This document shows positions 28,749 to 37,633 of a DNA stretch of 44,157 nt, piece after piece. The DNA lies in NCBI GenBank assembly GCA_027001995.1, contig JALTLO010000182.1, positions 1 to 44,157 on the forward strand. The letters are read 5' to 3'. This DNA comes from Planctomycetota bacterium. GTDB lineage: Bacteria > Planctomycetota > GCA-002687715 > DRQF01. Every line of letters starts with the position of its first letter. The first letter of the stretch is position 1. Position numbers and translations under genes: made by a program. The notes under the pieces are model-generated. The model saw only the letters and a list, made by a program, of their open reading frames with translations. It was not told the origin of the DNA and ran no database searches.

Positions 28749-31588
28749 TTTGACTGCGCTCTCCATGGCATGACTAAGCGAATCCCAGAGTCAAAAAGAA
28801 CATTATCGTAGGCCATGAATTCCCGAGGAGTCACCATGAAACTACGGCCCGAGAAGAGACCCCAGACGGCGTTGCCACCAACTAAGTAGGGCGTCGTTTC
28901 TCCATCAAGCAAATCATGACCGTCGCCGCACCATTCCCGCACACCACCAGATAGTTCCAGAATGCCATAGGGACTTCTATCCTTTGAATCTTTGGGAGTG
29001 GGTTGCGGAGGGACGAGCTTTCCATCGATGAAGCCGCATGGGTGGATGTACTCCTCGTCGAAATGGTTACCCCAAGGATAGAGACGCCCGTCTATCCCCT
29101 TGGCAGCTTTCTCCCACTGAAGGCTTGTCGGGAGCTTAACTCCTGAGCCGTACGTTGTTGTGGCCCAGGTTGCGAAGTCTCGGGCGTTTCTTTGGCTAAT
29201 GCTGGCGACGGGGGATAGAAGCATCGTCTGTCGGTAGAGTGGTGGTGACAAGGTGGTCGCAGCCGGAACCATGAAGACTTCTTGAAGGTTTCCGTCAGGT
29301 TGTCTCGGCACCACTTTGAATGGTGCTTGAAGGGGCCGTTGTTTACTCTTGTTTCTAGTGGCGAGGAACTCGGCGTATTCTGACCCAGTTACCTCCAACC
29401 GTTTCATCAAGAAACTGTCGAGCCACAACCAAGTTGATTGACTTGAGGCTGGGTTCATATCGCGATTGACGATCGATTGGAAGGGTCCCCCCGGTACCAG
29501 GCTCCACGCCTTGGCATCAATGTCTCTGTGGGAAGGAACTGGCACGGTCCAGTCCTTGTCTTTGAAGAGGCCGCCATGCCAAGATGGTTGCCCCCAAGAT
29601 TCTCCTCGTTCGATGAAGATGGGGTAGGTGATTCTTGGGCCCTTGAGCTGCTCAAGTTCAACGACATAGTGTCCGCAAGGAAGGTCTAAGCCATCGATTG
29701 GCGTCTTGCCATGAGCCCAAATGAACTTGCTAGGCATCAGCATTTTCTTGGCATCGTCGGTGACGCGGCGAATGGCGAAGGTTGCGCCTGGAGGGGAGGT
29801 GCGAAGATACAAAGAGCCGGATCCAACGATGCGATCTTTGAAAGAGGTGTTTTTCAATTGATCCCCAAGGGCAGAAAAGCGCTCTGCATCGCCGGCTGAT
29901 TCGGCGTCCAAGAGTTGTGAGAATAAGAAGGCAGCAAATCGTTCTTCAGCTTCTGGGGAGGGATGCCCGAGAATCTCTCGGGCCCGGGCGTGGGCGAATT
30001 CGGCTTCCACGGCTTGAGTTCGGATTGCCTCGATCAATTGGGAAAGTCGAGAGCGAAATTCTAAGAGTTGACTCTTACGCTTGTCCGTAGCTGGAATGGC
30101 GTCGGGGGTCTTGCGCTCTTGTTCAATGAGATCGAATCGGACCTTCTTGAGCTCTTCTTTGAGGAGTTCGTATTGGCTGATGTGCTTTTGTGTTTTCTTG
30201 TCTGCCTCCAAGAAATCAGCGAGAGCCTTTTGCCTGTCGACATAGTCTTGTTGCCACGCCAGAACGGGGATGCCTGCCAAGAGGATGAGGACGAGAGCTA
30301 TGAGGCCGGCAGCGGCCTTGTGATATTCGCACCAGCGCCAGATTTTTCCCAGAGGTCCCAAGGGCTGGGCCTCGATCTTTTTGTGAGCTCGAATACGGGC
30401 TATGTCATCGGCGAGCTCTGACGCCGTGGTATATCTTCTCTCTGGATTTTTCTCCAGGCACTTGAGAATAATTGTTTCAATGTCCCGTGAGAGTTCGGGG
30501 ACAAAAATCAGTGGCGAGGGTGCCGGTTTGTTCAGTGTTTGAAAGATCAGTGCTTCAGACGATGCTCCTTGAAATGGTCGGCAACCCGCCAAACACTCGA
30601 ACAGGGCGACACCCAAGGAGTAAATGTCAGCACGGCCATCTACGTCGCCAAGGTCATCAGTGACTTGTTCGGGAGCCATGTAGGCGATGGTTCCTACGAG
30701 TAGCCCGGTTCGGGTCATGGTGGCCGTCGTCTCGCTTTTGGCCAGACCAAAGTCGAGCAACTGAGCGGCCCCTTGGCCATCAACCATGATATTGGCGGGC
30801 TTTACATCGCGGTGAATAACGCCGTGGTTGTGGGCGTGAGCCAAGGCCCGGGCTGTTTCTTCTCCAACCCGGAGGATGCCTTCTATGCCCTGGGGAGAGA
30901 TGTTGACGCGGGCTCGCATGCGTGCCGTTGTCCTGATGAGGCCCACAGCTTGTTTGAAGAAACTGACACTGATTCCTTGAGGGGGCGTCGGGGATTCTTG
31001 GGAGTCCATTTCAGGATGGAGGACACGATGAGCGTAGTCGCGAAAGGGTTCGCCTTCCACATAGCGCATGGTGTAGTAGAGGGAGCTGCCTTCTTGACCG
31101 ACCTCATAAATTGGCACGATGGCAGGGTGGTTGAGCTCGCTACAGGCTGCAGTTTCTCTGCGGAATCTCTCCCGCGCATCCTCATTTTTTGACATCGTGG
31201 CAGGAAGCATTTTGAGTGCGACCTGACGTTTCATCATCGGGTCATCTGCCAAGTACACAACGCCCATTCCTCCCCGCCCCAAGGGTCGGATGATCCGATA
31301 TCGGCCTAAAGTTTCTGGGTCCTTCTTCCTCAGATCTTCTTGTGGTGGGGGAGAGCTGGTCTTCGGGTTTCCGGCTTCTTCAAAAGGAGTGGGTGAAGCC
31401 ATTCTACTCACGGCGATAGCTAACTCGCCCCTCAGAACGTGGGCATGACTGGGGAAGCGGACCAAGTAAGCGTCGGTGATTCGACTCATCTCTTCAGAGG
31501 CCCCTCCTTGATCGCAAATAGAACTGAGATCGTCCCTCAGTTGTTGAGCGTGGATGTGCTTCGAATTTGATTCGGATGGTCGCGTCAT
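28745..31588 (-). CDS. Ser/Thr protein kinase-TM-PEGA-like-FGE-sulfatase domain protein (copy 2)
   Basis: LGRGGMG, VALK, HRDVKPAN, DFGLAK and APEQ; TM; LPTSLQWEKAAKGIDGRLYPWG and SPYGILELSGGVREW. Start is uncertain (31588, 31612 or 31639). Confidence 0.9.
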   Translation of the reverse strand: MTRPSESNSKHIHAQQLRDDLSSICDQGGASEEMSRITDAYLVRFPSHAHVLRGELAIAVSRMASPTPFEEAGNPKTSSPPPQEDLRKKDPETLGRYRIIRPLGRGGMGVVYLADDPMMKRQVALKMLPATMSKNEDARERFRRETAACSELNHPAIVPIYEVGQEGSSLYYTMRYVEGEPFRDYAHRVLHPEMDSQESPTPPQGISVSFFKQAVGLIRTTARMRARVNISPQGIEGILRVGEETARALAHAHNHGVIHRDVKPANIMVDGQGAAQLLDFGLAKSETTATMTRTGLLVGTIAYMAPEQVTDDLGDVDGRADIYSLGVALFECLAGCRPFQGASSEALIFQTLNKPAPSPLIFVPELSRDIETIILKCLEKNPERRYTTASELADDIARIRAHKKIEAQPLGPLGKIWRWCEYHKAAAGLIALVLILLAGIPVLAWQQDYVDRQKALADFLEADKKTQKHISQYELLKEELKKVRFDLIEQERKTPDAIPATDKRKSQLLEFRSRLSQLIEAIRTQAVEAEFAHARAREILGHPSPEAEERFAAFLFSQLLDAESAGDAERFSALGDQLKNTSFKDRIVGSGSLYLRTSPPGATFAIRRVTDDAKKMLMPSKFIWAHGKTPIDGLDLPCGHYVVELEQLKGPRITYPIFIERGESWGQPSWHGGLFKDKDWTVPVPSHRDIDAKAWSLVPGGPFQSIVNRDMNPASSQSTWLWLDSFLMKRLEVTGSEYAEFLATRNKSKQRPLQAPFKVVPRQPDGNLQEVFMVPAATTLSPPLYRQTMLLSPVASISQRNARDFATWATTTYGSGVKLPTSLQWEKAAKGIDGRLYPWGNHFDEEYIHPCGFIDGKLVPPQPTPKDSKDRSPYGILELSGGVREWCGDGHDLLDGETTPYLVGGNAVWGLFSGRSFMVTPREFMAYDNVLFDSGIRLVMPWRAQSK

Positions 31589-31657
31589 GGGTAGAGACCA
31601 AAATACCGCCATTTTGTTTCTTGTCCAAGCAAATGTCAAAGGCTGGGTCTTCTGGGT

Positions 31658-34288
31658 CTAAAGATCTCGGACAAGTCGGAAACCAAATTGTATGTCGACG
31701 TGACCGAAAGGGTAAGAACGTTGGGGCCAGGTGGTGAAGAAAGTCTTGAGGTTCCAACCGAAGGACCCACCCATAACCCAATGTTGATCCTTGAAACCAT
31801 CGCGAGTGGGGCCATCGCTGCACCACTCTGCTGCGTTTCCCGCCATATCCATGCAACCGTAGGGACTGGTGTCTGAGACAAATTGATTCGATTTTCCTCC
31901 ATGATACTGCCAGGCCTGTTTTCCTTCTGTGGGTTCTCGAGAATAACGCCCGTAAGTGTAGGACCAATCGAATTGGTTGCCCCAGGGGAATATCCGCCCG
32001 TCAACGCCACGAGCTGCCTTCTGCCATTGACTGGCTGTGGGCAAGCGTGTGTTCTTTTCTTTCTCTAGAACAGCGTCGCCGAACCATCGAGTGAACTCTT
32101 CAATTTCTTGGAGAGATAAGCCCGTCAAGACGAAATCAGGGGAGTAGGGTCGAGGTGGCAATTCACCGTAGGTCTTACCTGGGCCTAAGTTGCCGTGCCC
32201 GTCGATTTCGAAGATACCTAACCATGGCTCGATTCTTGGTAGCCAGCGATAGACATTGTTTTCAGTCACAGACTTGATGAGTTCTTGTCTCGTTTTTTCT
32301 AAACGCAGGAAGTCCTCGTAGTCGGCGAAATGAACTTCTTGACGACCAATGAGAAAAGAATCTTCCCAGCGCCATTCCAAAGGTGGCTTCAGGCCGTGGA
32401 AGAATTCAGGAGTTGCAAGATAGGGGCCGGCAGGAACAAAACACCAAGTCTTCTTTTCGAATTCTCCGACTTGAGGTAGGCGAACCGTCCAGTCCTTGTT
32501 TTGGAATTTCCCTTCGTGCCAGCCGGGGTCACCCCAATGTTGGTCGGGTTCTATGAAGACCGGCAGGAATACGGTGTCATGATTGCTTTTGTTCAAGGTG
32601 ATGAGCCATGACCCAGGAGGCAGGGTCGCTTCAGTTACCGGTGTCGTCCCTAAATCCAACGATGCCTTTTGATCCAGTTGCCGGATGCCACCAATGTCGT
32701 CCTTGAGGGGATAGGCCACGGCTCGCGCTCCAGGGGGCTCGGTCGAGACGGTGAGTTTTCCTGTAAGCGCTTCAGCGCTATCAGTTCCGGATTCCGCCAA
32801 GTAGATCTGAATCTTGGCAACCGCAGACAAGTCTTGTCTTGCGGTGGCTTCCTTGAGGAGCTTGAGATACATGGCGGTTCTTTCTTCGCCGCCCATGTTC
32901 ACTGGCTCCACTGCCTCGCGGGATCGTTGGAGGTGGTACTCGATTTTTCCTTGGAGCTTCGCGATACTTTGGTCCAACTTCTTGATTGCAGCGCGAGCTA
33001 CGAAGAGCTCGCGTTTCCCCAAACTTGTGGCTTTCTCGTGGCTGGGCACTTCATGCTCCAAGCGTTTCACCAGCTTGGCTTGATCTTTGCGGGCGGCCAT
33101 GGCTTCATCACGGTCGACCTCCAATTTGCGCGCTTCCCCAACGTGGTGGCGGTAGCTCTTCATGCGAGCTTCCTCAACGCTTCGATGATAGGCATTGCTC
33201 ATCAGGAAAGTCGAAAGAACCACCAGGGCAATCAAGGCGGAAACGGTGGCAAACGCTAACAATCGATTTAGCTCGGCCCAGCGAAGAGCCTTTCCCAGCT
33301 TTCCCACAGGTCGTGCTTCGATGTGACGGTGCTCCCGGAATCGCCGCAAGTCCATGGCAAGTTCTCGTGCTGTGGCATAGCGCCGGGCGGGATCTTTCTC
33401 CATGCATTTCAGAATGATCGTTTCAATGTCTTTCGACAGATCTGGGATATGTTGCCTTGGAGTTGGAGGCTGCTTCATCAAGATCTGGAAGACGAGGGAT
33501 TCAGCTGTGGCCCCATGAAAAGGTCGCTTGCCACAAACGCATTCGTACATGGTGACCCCAAGGGCATAGACATCTGTTTTTTGGTCTACTTCTCCTTTGT
33601 TGGGTGATACTTGTTCAGGAGACATGTAGGGCAGTGTTCCCAAGATCTTGCCACTCACGGAGTGCGTCTCTAAACCCACGACCTTGGCTAAACCAAAGTC
33701 GAGAACATGGGGGTGCCCCTCGCTGTCGATCAAGATGTTCGATGGTTTTACGTCTCGGTGAATGATGCCTTGTTGATGAGCATGGTCGAGGGCAAATGCT
33801 GTCGTTTCGAATATCTGCAAGAGTCGGCTCAAGTCCGTCGCTGCTTCAGTCATTCCTGATGTTGAAGTCTCGTTCTTTTCAGCACCGGCTGTGATAGGAC
33901 CACTCAAGGGTCTCGCTGGAGGATATTTGGCCGTTTTCCGTTTGTGCAACAATTGGACGAAACCGGAAAGAGAGATCCCTTTGATGAAAGGCATGACAAA
34001 GAAATGAAATGCTCCGTCTCGTCCCATCTCATAAATGGGAACTATGCTTGTATGTTTGAGCTTCGATACGGCATTGGCTTCTCGTGTGAAGCGGTCGATC
34101 AGATCTTCTCGCACAGCCATCTCTGGTGGCAATATCTTCAGGGCTACCTCTCGGTTGAGGGTTTCGTCCATCGCCAGGTAGACGATTCCCATTCCTCCTT
34201 GGCCTAGACGGCGGAGAATCCGGTAGTGGGCAATTTTTTTCGGATCGTCGTCGTGAAGGGCGAATTTGCTCGAATCAGAGTCGCTCAT
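31658..34288 (-). CDS. Ser/Thr protein kinase-TM-PEGA-like-FGE-sulfatase domain protein (copy 1)
   Basis: LGQGGMG, VALK, HRDVKPSN, DFGLAK and SPEQ; TM; LTVSTEPPGA...LGTTP; RLPTASQWQKAARGVDGRIFPWG, SPYGCMDMAGNAAEW and GFRLV. Confidence 0.92.
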   Translation of the reverse strand: MSDSDSSKFALHDDDPKKIAHYRILRRLGQGGMGIVYLAMDETLNREVALKILPPEMAVREDLIDRFTREANAVSKLKHTSIVPIYEMGRDGAFHFFVMPFIKGISLSGFVQLLHKRKTAKYPPARPLSGPITAGAEKNETSTSGMTEAATDLSRLLQIFETTAFALDHAHQQGIIHRDVKPSNILIDSEGHPHVLDFGLAKVVGLETHSVSGKILGTLPYMSPEQVSPNKGEVDQKTDVYALGVTMYECVCGKRPFHGATAESLVFQILMKQPPTPRQHIPDLSKDIETIILKCMEKDPARRYATARELAMDLRRFREHRHIEARPVGKLGKALRWAELNRLLAFATVSALIALVVLSTFLMSNAYHRSVEEARMKSYRHHVGEARKLEVDRDEAMAARKDQAKLVKRLEHEVPSHEKATSLGKRELFVARAAIKKLDQSIAKLQGKIEYHLQRSREAVEPVNMGGEERTAMYLKLLKEATARQDLSAVAKIQIYLAESGTDSAEALTGKLTVSTEPPGARAVAYPLKDDIGGIRQLDQKASLDLGTTPVTEATLPPGSWLITLNKSNHDTVFLPVFIEPDQHWGDPGWHEGKFQNKDWTVRLPQVGEFEKKTWCFVPAGPYLATPEFFHGLKPPLEWRWEDSFLIGRQEVHFADYEDFLRLEKTRQELIKSVTENNVYRWLPRIEPWLGIFEIDGHGNLGPGKTYGELPPRPYSPDFVLTGLSLQEIEEFTRWFGDAVLEKEKNTRLPTASQWQKAARGVDGRIFPWGNQFDWSYTYGRYSREPTEGKQAWQYHGGKSNQFVSDTSPYGCMDMAGNAAEWCSDGPTRDGFKDQHWVMGGSFGWNLKTFFTTWPQRSYPFGHVDIQFGFRLVRDL

Positions 34289-34586
34289 GAAGTGGCTTCC
34301 TGGGAGTGCAATCGTAAGTCCCTGTCAGTTATCATTTTAAGTTCTGCGCGAAGCCCCTTGTGGAAGCCTCAGCATGATTGTTTCATAGGTCGATCGTCTG
34401 GTAAATAGGCAGCACTATTCAACCTGGGTATTCAGTCATCCGTTTTCTTCTAAGCGTCGGAAGATGAATTCCATATGATTTGTCTGCCCGAGTTGTATTT
34501 GCCGCATCAAAAGCCACATTTGACGAACGAGACTGGGACACCCTGGTTGCGGCGATGACTTTGTTTGGCCACATAGAGAGATTTAG

Positions 34587-36620
34587 ATGATGAGTTTCAT
34601 CGCTGCCAGCCTCAACAAGGCGAGACTTCTTAGTCTGTTGATTTTGATTATGACTCTTTGCTTGGTGAACCACACCTTCGCCCAAGCTCTCACAAGGACC
34701 GTTGGGGTGAGTGGCACCACTTTGGCCGGAATGAGTTTTACTTTGGAGATTGAGGCAGCCCCCACTTACACCCGTGCAATAGACTTCGACCCCATTGAGG
34801 TTGACTACCCACCGGCGGCCATGGCTGAATTGATGGTTTCCATGATTAACCAAAACTACCGAGAGTTTGGTAAGACTGGTTTCACTGCAAGCAATGTCAA
34901 TTCGCGTCCTGAAAACAAGGAATTTGATGCCACCTTTGTCATCTCTTGCACGGTTCCGATTACCGGAATCAAAGTGGGCATGTTGGGGAATCCCAGCGTC
35001 CCGATTCCTCGAGCACCGGGGGTCGCCTTTAATCCGAACATCATCACTTTTGACGCCAATATTCCCCATGCTTTCCAAGGGCCCCAGTTGTCCCAGGCGA
35101 ACGCATCGTTCTCGATCAACGGGGAAACGGCCGATTTCGATCTGTTTCGGCGGGTGAAAGTTCTCACTAGCCAGAATATCAATTTGCATGTTTCTTCGTT
35201 GCCGAATGTGGGGCAACCATTCGTGATGATGGCAGGGATCTATAATTTCGGCGCTTATCAAGCTCCTTGGGGAGATTTCTTGGACATAGGCACCTACTCC
35301 GGTGGAGTCGTCCCTCCAGACATTCAAGTGCTTGCTGACGGCATCAATCCGACGAATGTCTTGGATGCTTTTTTTCGTACCAACGCTCTGGGTGTTTTTG
35401 ATTTAGATCTCTTTGTCACCGACACATTTGCCGGTGTTCAGGGATTGGCTTACCAGTGCTTGGTTTTGGACCCCACTAACGCCCCTTTGGCTCTTCGCCT
35501 CACGAATGCTGTCAATCCTTCTTACGAAAAAGGTCAACGCCTTGGTTTTACGCCTCAAGCAAATGGGGCCGTGGAAGTGATTTTCACCCCAGGATTTAGC
35601 TTCGATTTCTTCGGTGCCACCTACACCTCGGCATTCGTTCACGAAGATGGATTCTTAACTTTCGGCGGTGCTGGGCTCTTGGGGAACATGATTGACCCCA
35701 TTGTGGCCGCCAATGATCAGCCAGCCATTTTTGTCAACTGGGCGGATTGGGATCTTTCCGGCTCACAGGTCGATGTCTTTCAATTTGGCGATGAGATGAG
35801 AATCTCTTGGGGATCTGCATCGGCTCCGATTTCTCATACGGGTGATGTGGATGCCGCCAATTTCACCTGCATCTTGAGGTTGACTGAGGCTCTTACGCCG
35901 TCCTTGGATGCGGGAGGGGTCTTGTTCGATCATCGTATGCTTGATCCCGCTTCGATCTCTAATAATGACGCCATTGTTGGGGTCATCCCAGGGCTTGGTC
36001 TAGCGCCGATTCCATCCAGTCTCGATCTCGGAACACTCCGTTTTGGTGGCTTAGGCTCAGCCGCCCTTTTGTCCCAGTATGCTTCTTCGGGGCTTTTTTC
36101 TAGCCTTTTGAATGTGGAAAACGGCGGGCCCCAGGTTTATCACAATGGCAGCGCACTCAGAGGCCGTGATTTGGCGTTTTTTCCAGCTAGTGCCGCCGGA
36201 GTGCGAGCGAATCGCCCTTATGCCATAGCCTCGAACCCGAATCCGGATGACGTTCAGGGGGTAGTGGGACCGAACACTCTTTCGGTTGCCAGTGGTCCGG
36301 GCCAGGGCCTCTTGCTGGCCGGATATTTCCGTTATCTCTTTTCTGGCAGTGTGACACCGCAGGTCATACTTGATCCAACAGGGACTGGTGGCATTGGGCC
36401 CTTCGCTCTTCAGATTGACGGCATTCTTGATGACCAAGGAGTCAGTTTTCCTGTGGTCTCGCTACCTGTTTTACCGGGCTTCAGGGATTTTGAGGGCTTA
36501 GTTCTCAGCGTGACGGGACAGCTACCAGCGGTGACTTTGCCCGTCTCAGTTGATCTTCAGATTGTGTTTGCCGATGGCGGCAGTTTTGTTCTTCCTGGTG
36601 CTGTGGTTGTGGGGCCATAG
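34587..36620 (+). CDS. Secreted/surface hypothetical protein with nidogen-like segment
   Basis: Signal peptide ending TFA-Q, GFSFDFFGATYTSAFVHEDGFLTFG motif, beta-rich composition. Confidence 0.7.
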   Translation: MMSFIAASLNKARLLSLLILIMTLCLVNHTFAQALTRTVGVSGTTLAGMSFTLEIEAAPTYTRAIDFDPIEVDYPPAAMAELMVSMINQNYREFGKTGFTASNVNSRPENKEFDATFVISCTVPITGIKVGMLGNPSVPIPRAPGVAFNPNIITFDANIPHAFQGPQLSQANASFSINGETADFDLFRRVKVLTSQNINLHVSSLPNVGQPFVMMAGIYNFGAYQAPWGDFLDIGTYSGGVVPPDIQVLADGINPTNVLDAFFRTNALGVFDLDLFVTDTFAGVQGLAYQCLVLDPTNAPLALRLTNAVNPSYEKGQRLGFTPQANGAVEVIFTPGFSFDFFGATYTSAFVHEDGFLTFGGAGLLGNMIDPIVAANDQPAIFVNWADWDLSGSQVDVFQFGDEMRISWGSASAPISHTGDVDAANFTCILRLTEALTPSLDAGGVLFDHRMLDPASISNNDAIVGVIPGLGLAPIPSSLDLGTLRFGGLGSAALLSQYASSGLFSSLLNVENGGPQVYHNGSALRGRDLAFFPASAAGVRANRPYAIASNPNPDDVQGVVGPNTLSVASGPGQGLLLAGYFRYLFSGSVTPQVILDPTGTGGIGPFALQIDGILDDQGVSFPVVSLPVLPGFRDFEGLVLSVTGQLPAVTLPVSVDLQIVFADGGSFVLPGAVVVGP

Positions 36621-36648
36621 GACTTCGATTGTAGAGGCGATTGAAACT

Positions 36649-37374
36649 ATGTTTGATGCATCTTGCGGAAGCGAGGGAATGCCGCATAGTGAACTTGTAG
36701 TGATCCTTGTGACATTCCGAGGCGGGATGGCAGAACGACTGCGTATGGTGGCTAATTCTATGGGCCCCCATGGTGTTGAGTTACAAGTCCATGACAGCTT
36801 AAGGCAGGCTTTTGCTTTGCTTTCTCCCACCCGAGAGGCCATTCTCATCGTGGATGATGCGGTGGCTGCCGCCGAAATGAGCGGGTTGCCCTCCGCTTGT
36901 GCTCGACGTTATCCCAAGTTGCGCTTGGTCTTGGTAGCTGACCGCGTTGATCCTATGTTTCAACGGAGTGCGTTGAAGATTGGCTATTGGCGCTGCTTTT
37001 CCCTCTATGAAGCTATGCGGGCTGATTTCTTAGAGAAGCTCAAGTCGATGCCAACCCAAATCAATGGTGAGGTGCGCCCAAGCCCAGATTTCGCTTCTCG
37101 TTTTGCAGCTTCGGAATCGGCTCATGTGGTGGCCAATGAACGTGGGCGCATTCGTTATGCAAACCCGGCCTTCTACCGGGCTGTGGGCTTGCTCACCTGC
37201 GATCTTCGGGGGGTTAACTTGTCCAGTTTCTTCCCGGAGCTATCTCCTTCCGCCTTGGAAGGGCATCTCATGGATCAACACCGGCTCTTGGAACTTCGTC
37301 GTGCCAGCGGAAATCAAGAAATGGTACGGGTCACTTTCTCTCCAGACGAAGAGGGGATTGTCCTTTCGTTCTGA
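36649..37374 (+). CDS. Receiver-like + PAS domain protein
   Basis: AILIVDD...PKLRLVLVAD (REC-like) and HVVANERGRIRYANPAF...DLRGVNLSSFFP (PAS). Start uncertain. Confidence 0.6.
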   Translation: MFDASCGSEGMPHSELVVILVTFRGGMAERLRMVANSMGPHGVELQVHDSLRQAFALLSPTREAILIVDDAVAAAEMSGLPSACARRYPKLRLVLVADRVDPMFQRSALKIGYWRCFSLYEAMRADFLEKLKSMPTQINGEVRPSPDFASRFAASESAHVVANERGRIRYANPAFYRAVGLLTCDLRGVNLSSFFPELSPSALEGHLMDQHRLLELRRASGNQEMVRVTFSPDEEGIVLSF

Positions 37375-37633
37375 ACTTCCCCTATACCCTTTGAACCGCT
37401 ATAAAGGTGCAGTGACTTTCTCCATTGGGGAGTCTTTCAAGAGCGAAGTATGACGACCAAGACATGGGCCAAAACAAGAAGGCTTTGGGCTTTCTCATTG
37501 ACTCTTACATGAGCACAGCATTCACAATTCTTTTCGGGTTTGGGACCTTTCTTCGCGGCATGAGCATTCATGCCTTGAGGGGAAGTACATCCTGCTTTCA
37601 CGGGATCAAATCCCTAAACTCAAGAGTTCAGAA

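Noticed and set aside
25878..34288. Formylglycine-generating enzyme activity
   Set aside because: The catalytic cysteine pair is absent from the C-terminal core and no sulfatase gene is nearby.
25575..34586. Complete diversity-generating retroelement around the FGE-domain kinases
   Set aside because: No reverse transcriptase ORF, and no near-identical template repeat seen in the flanking intergenic regions.
34419..35327. 302-aa minus-strand ORF
   Set aside because: Antisense to the signal-peptide-bearing 34587-36620 gene, with no motifs.
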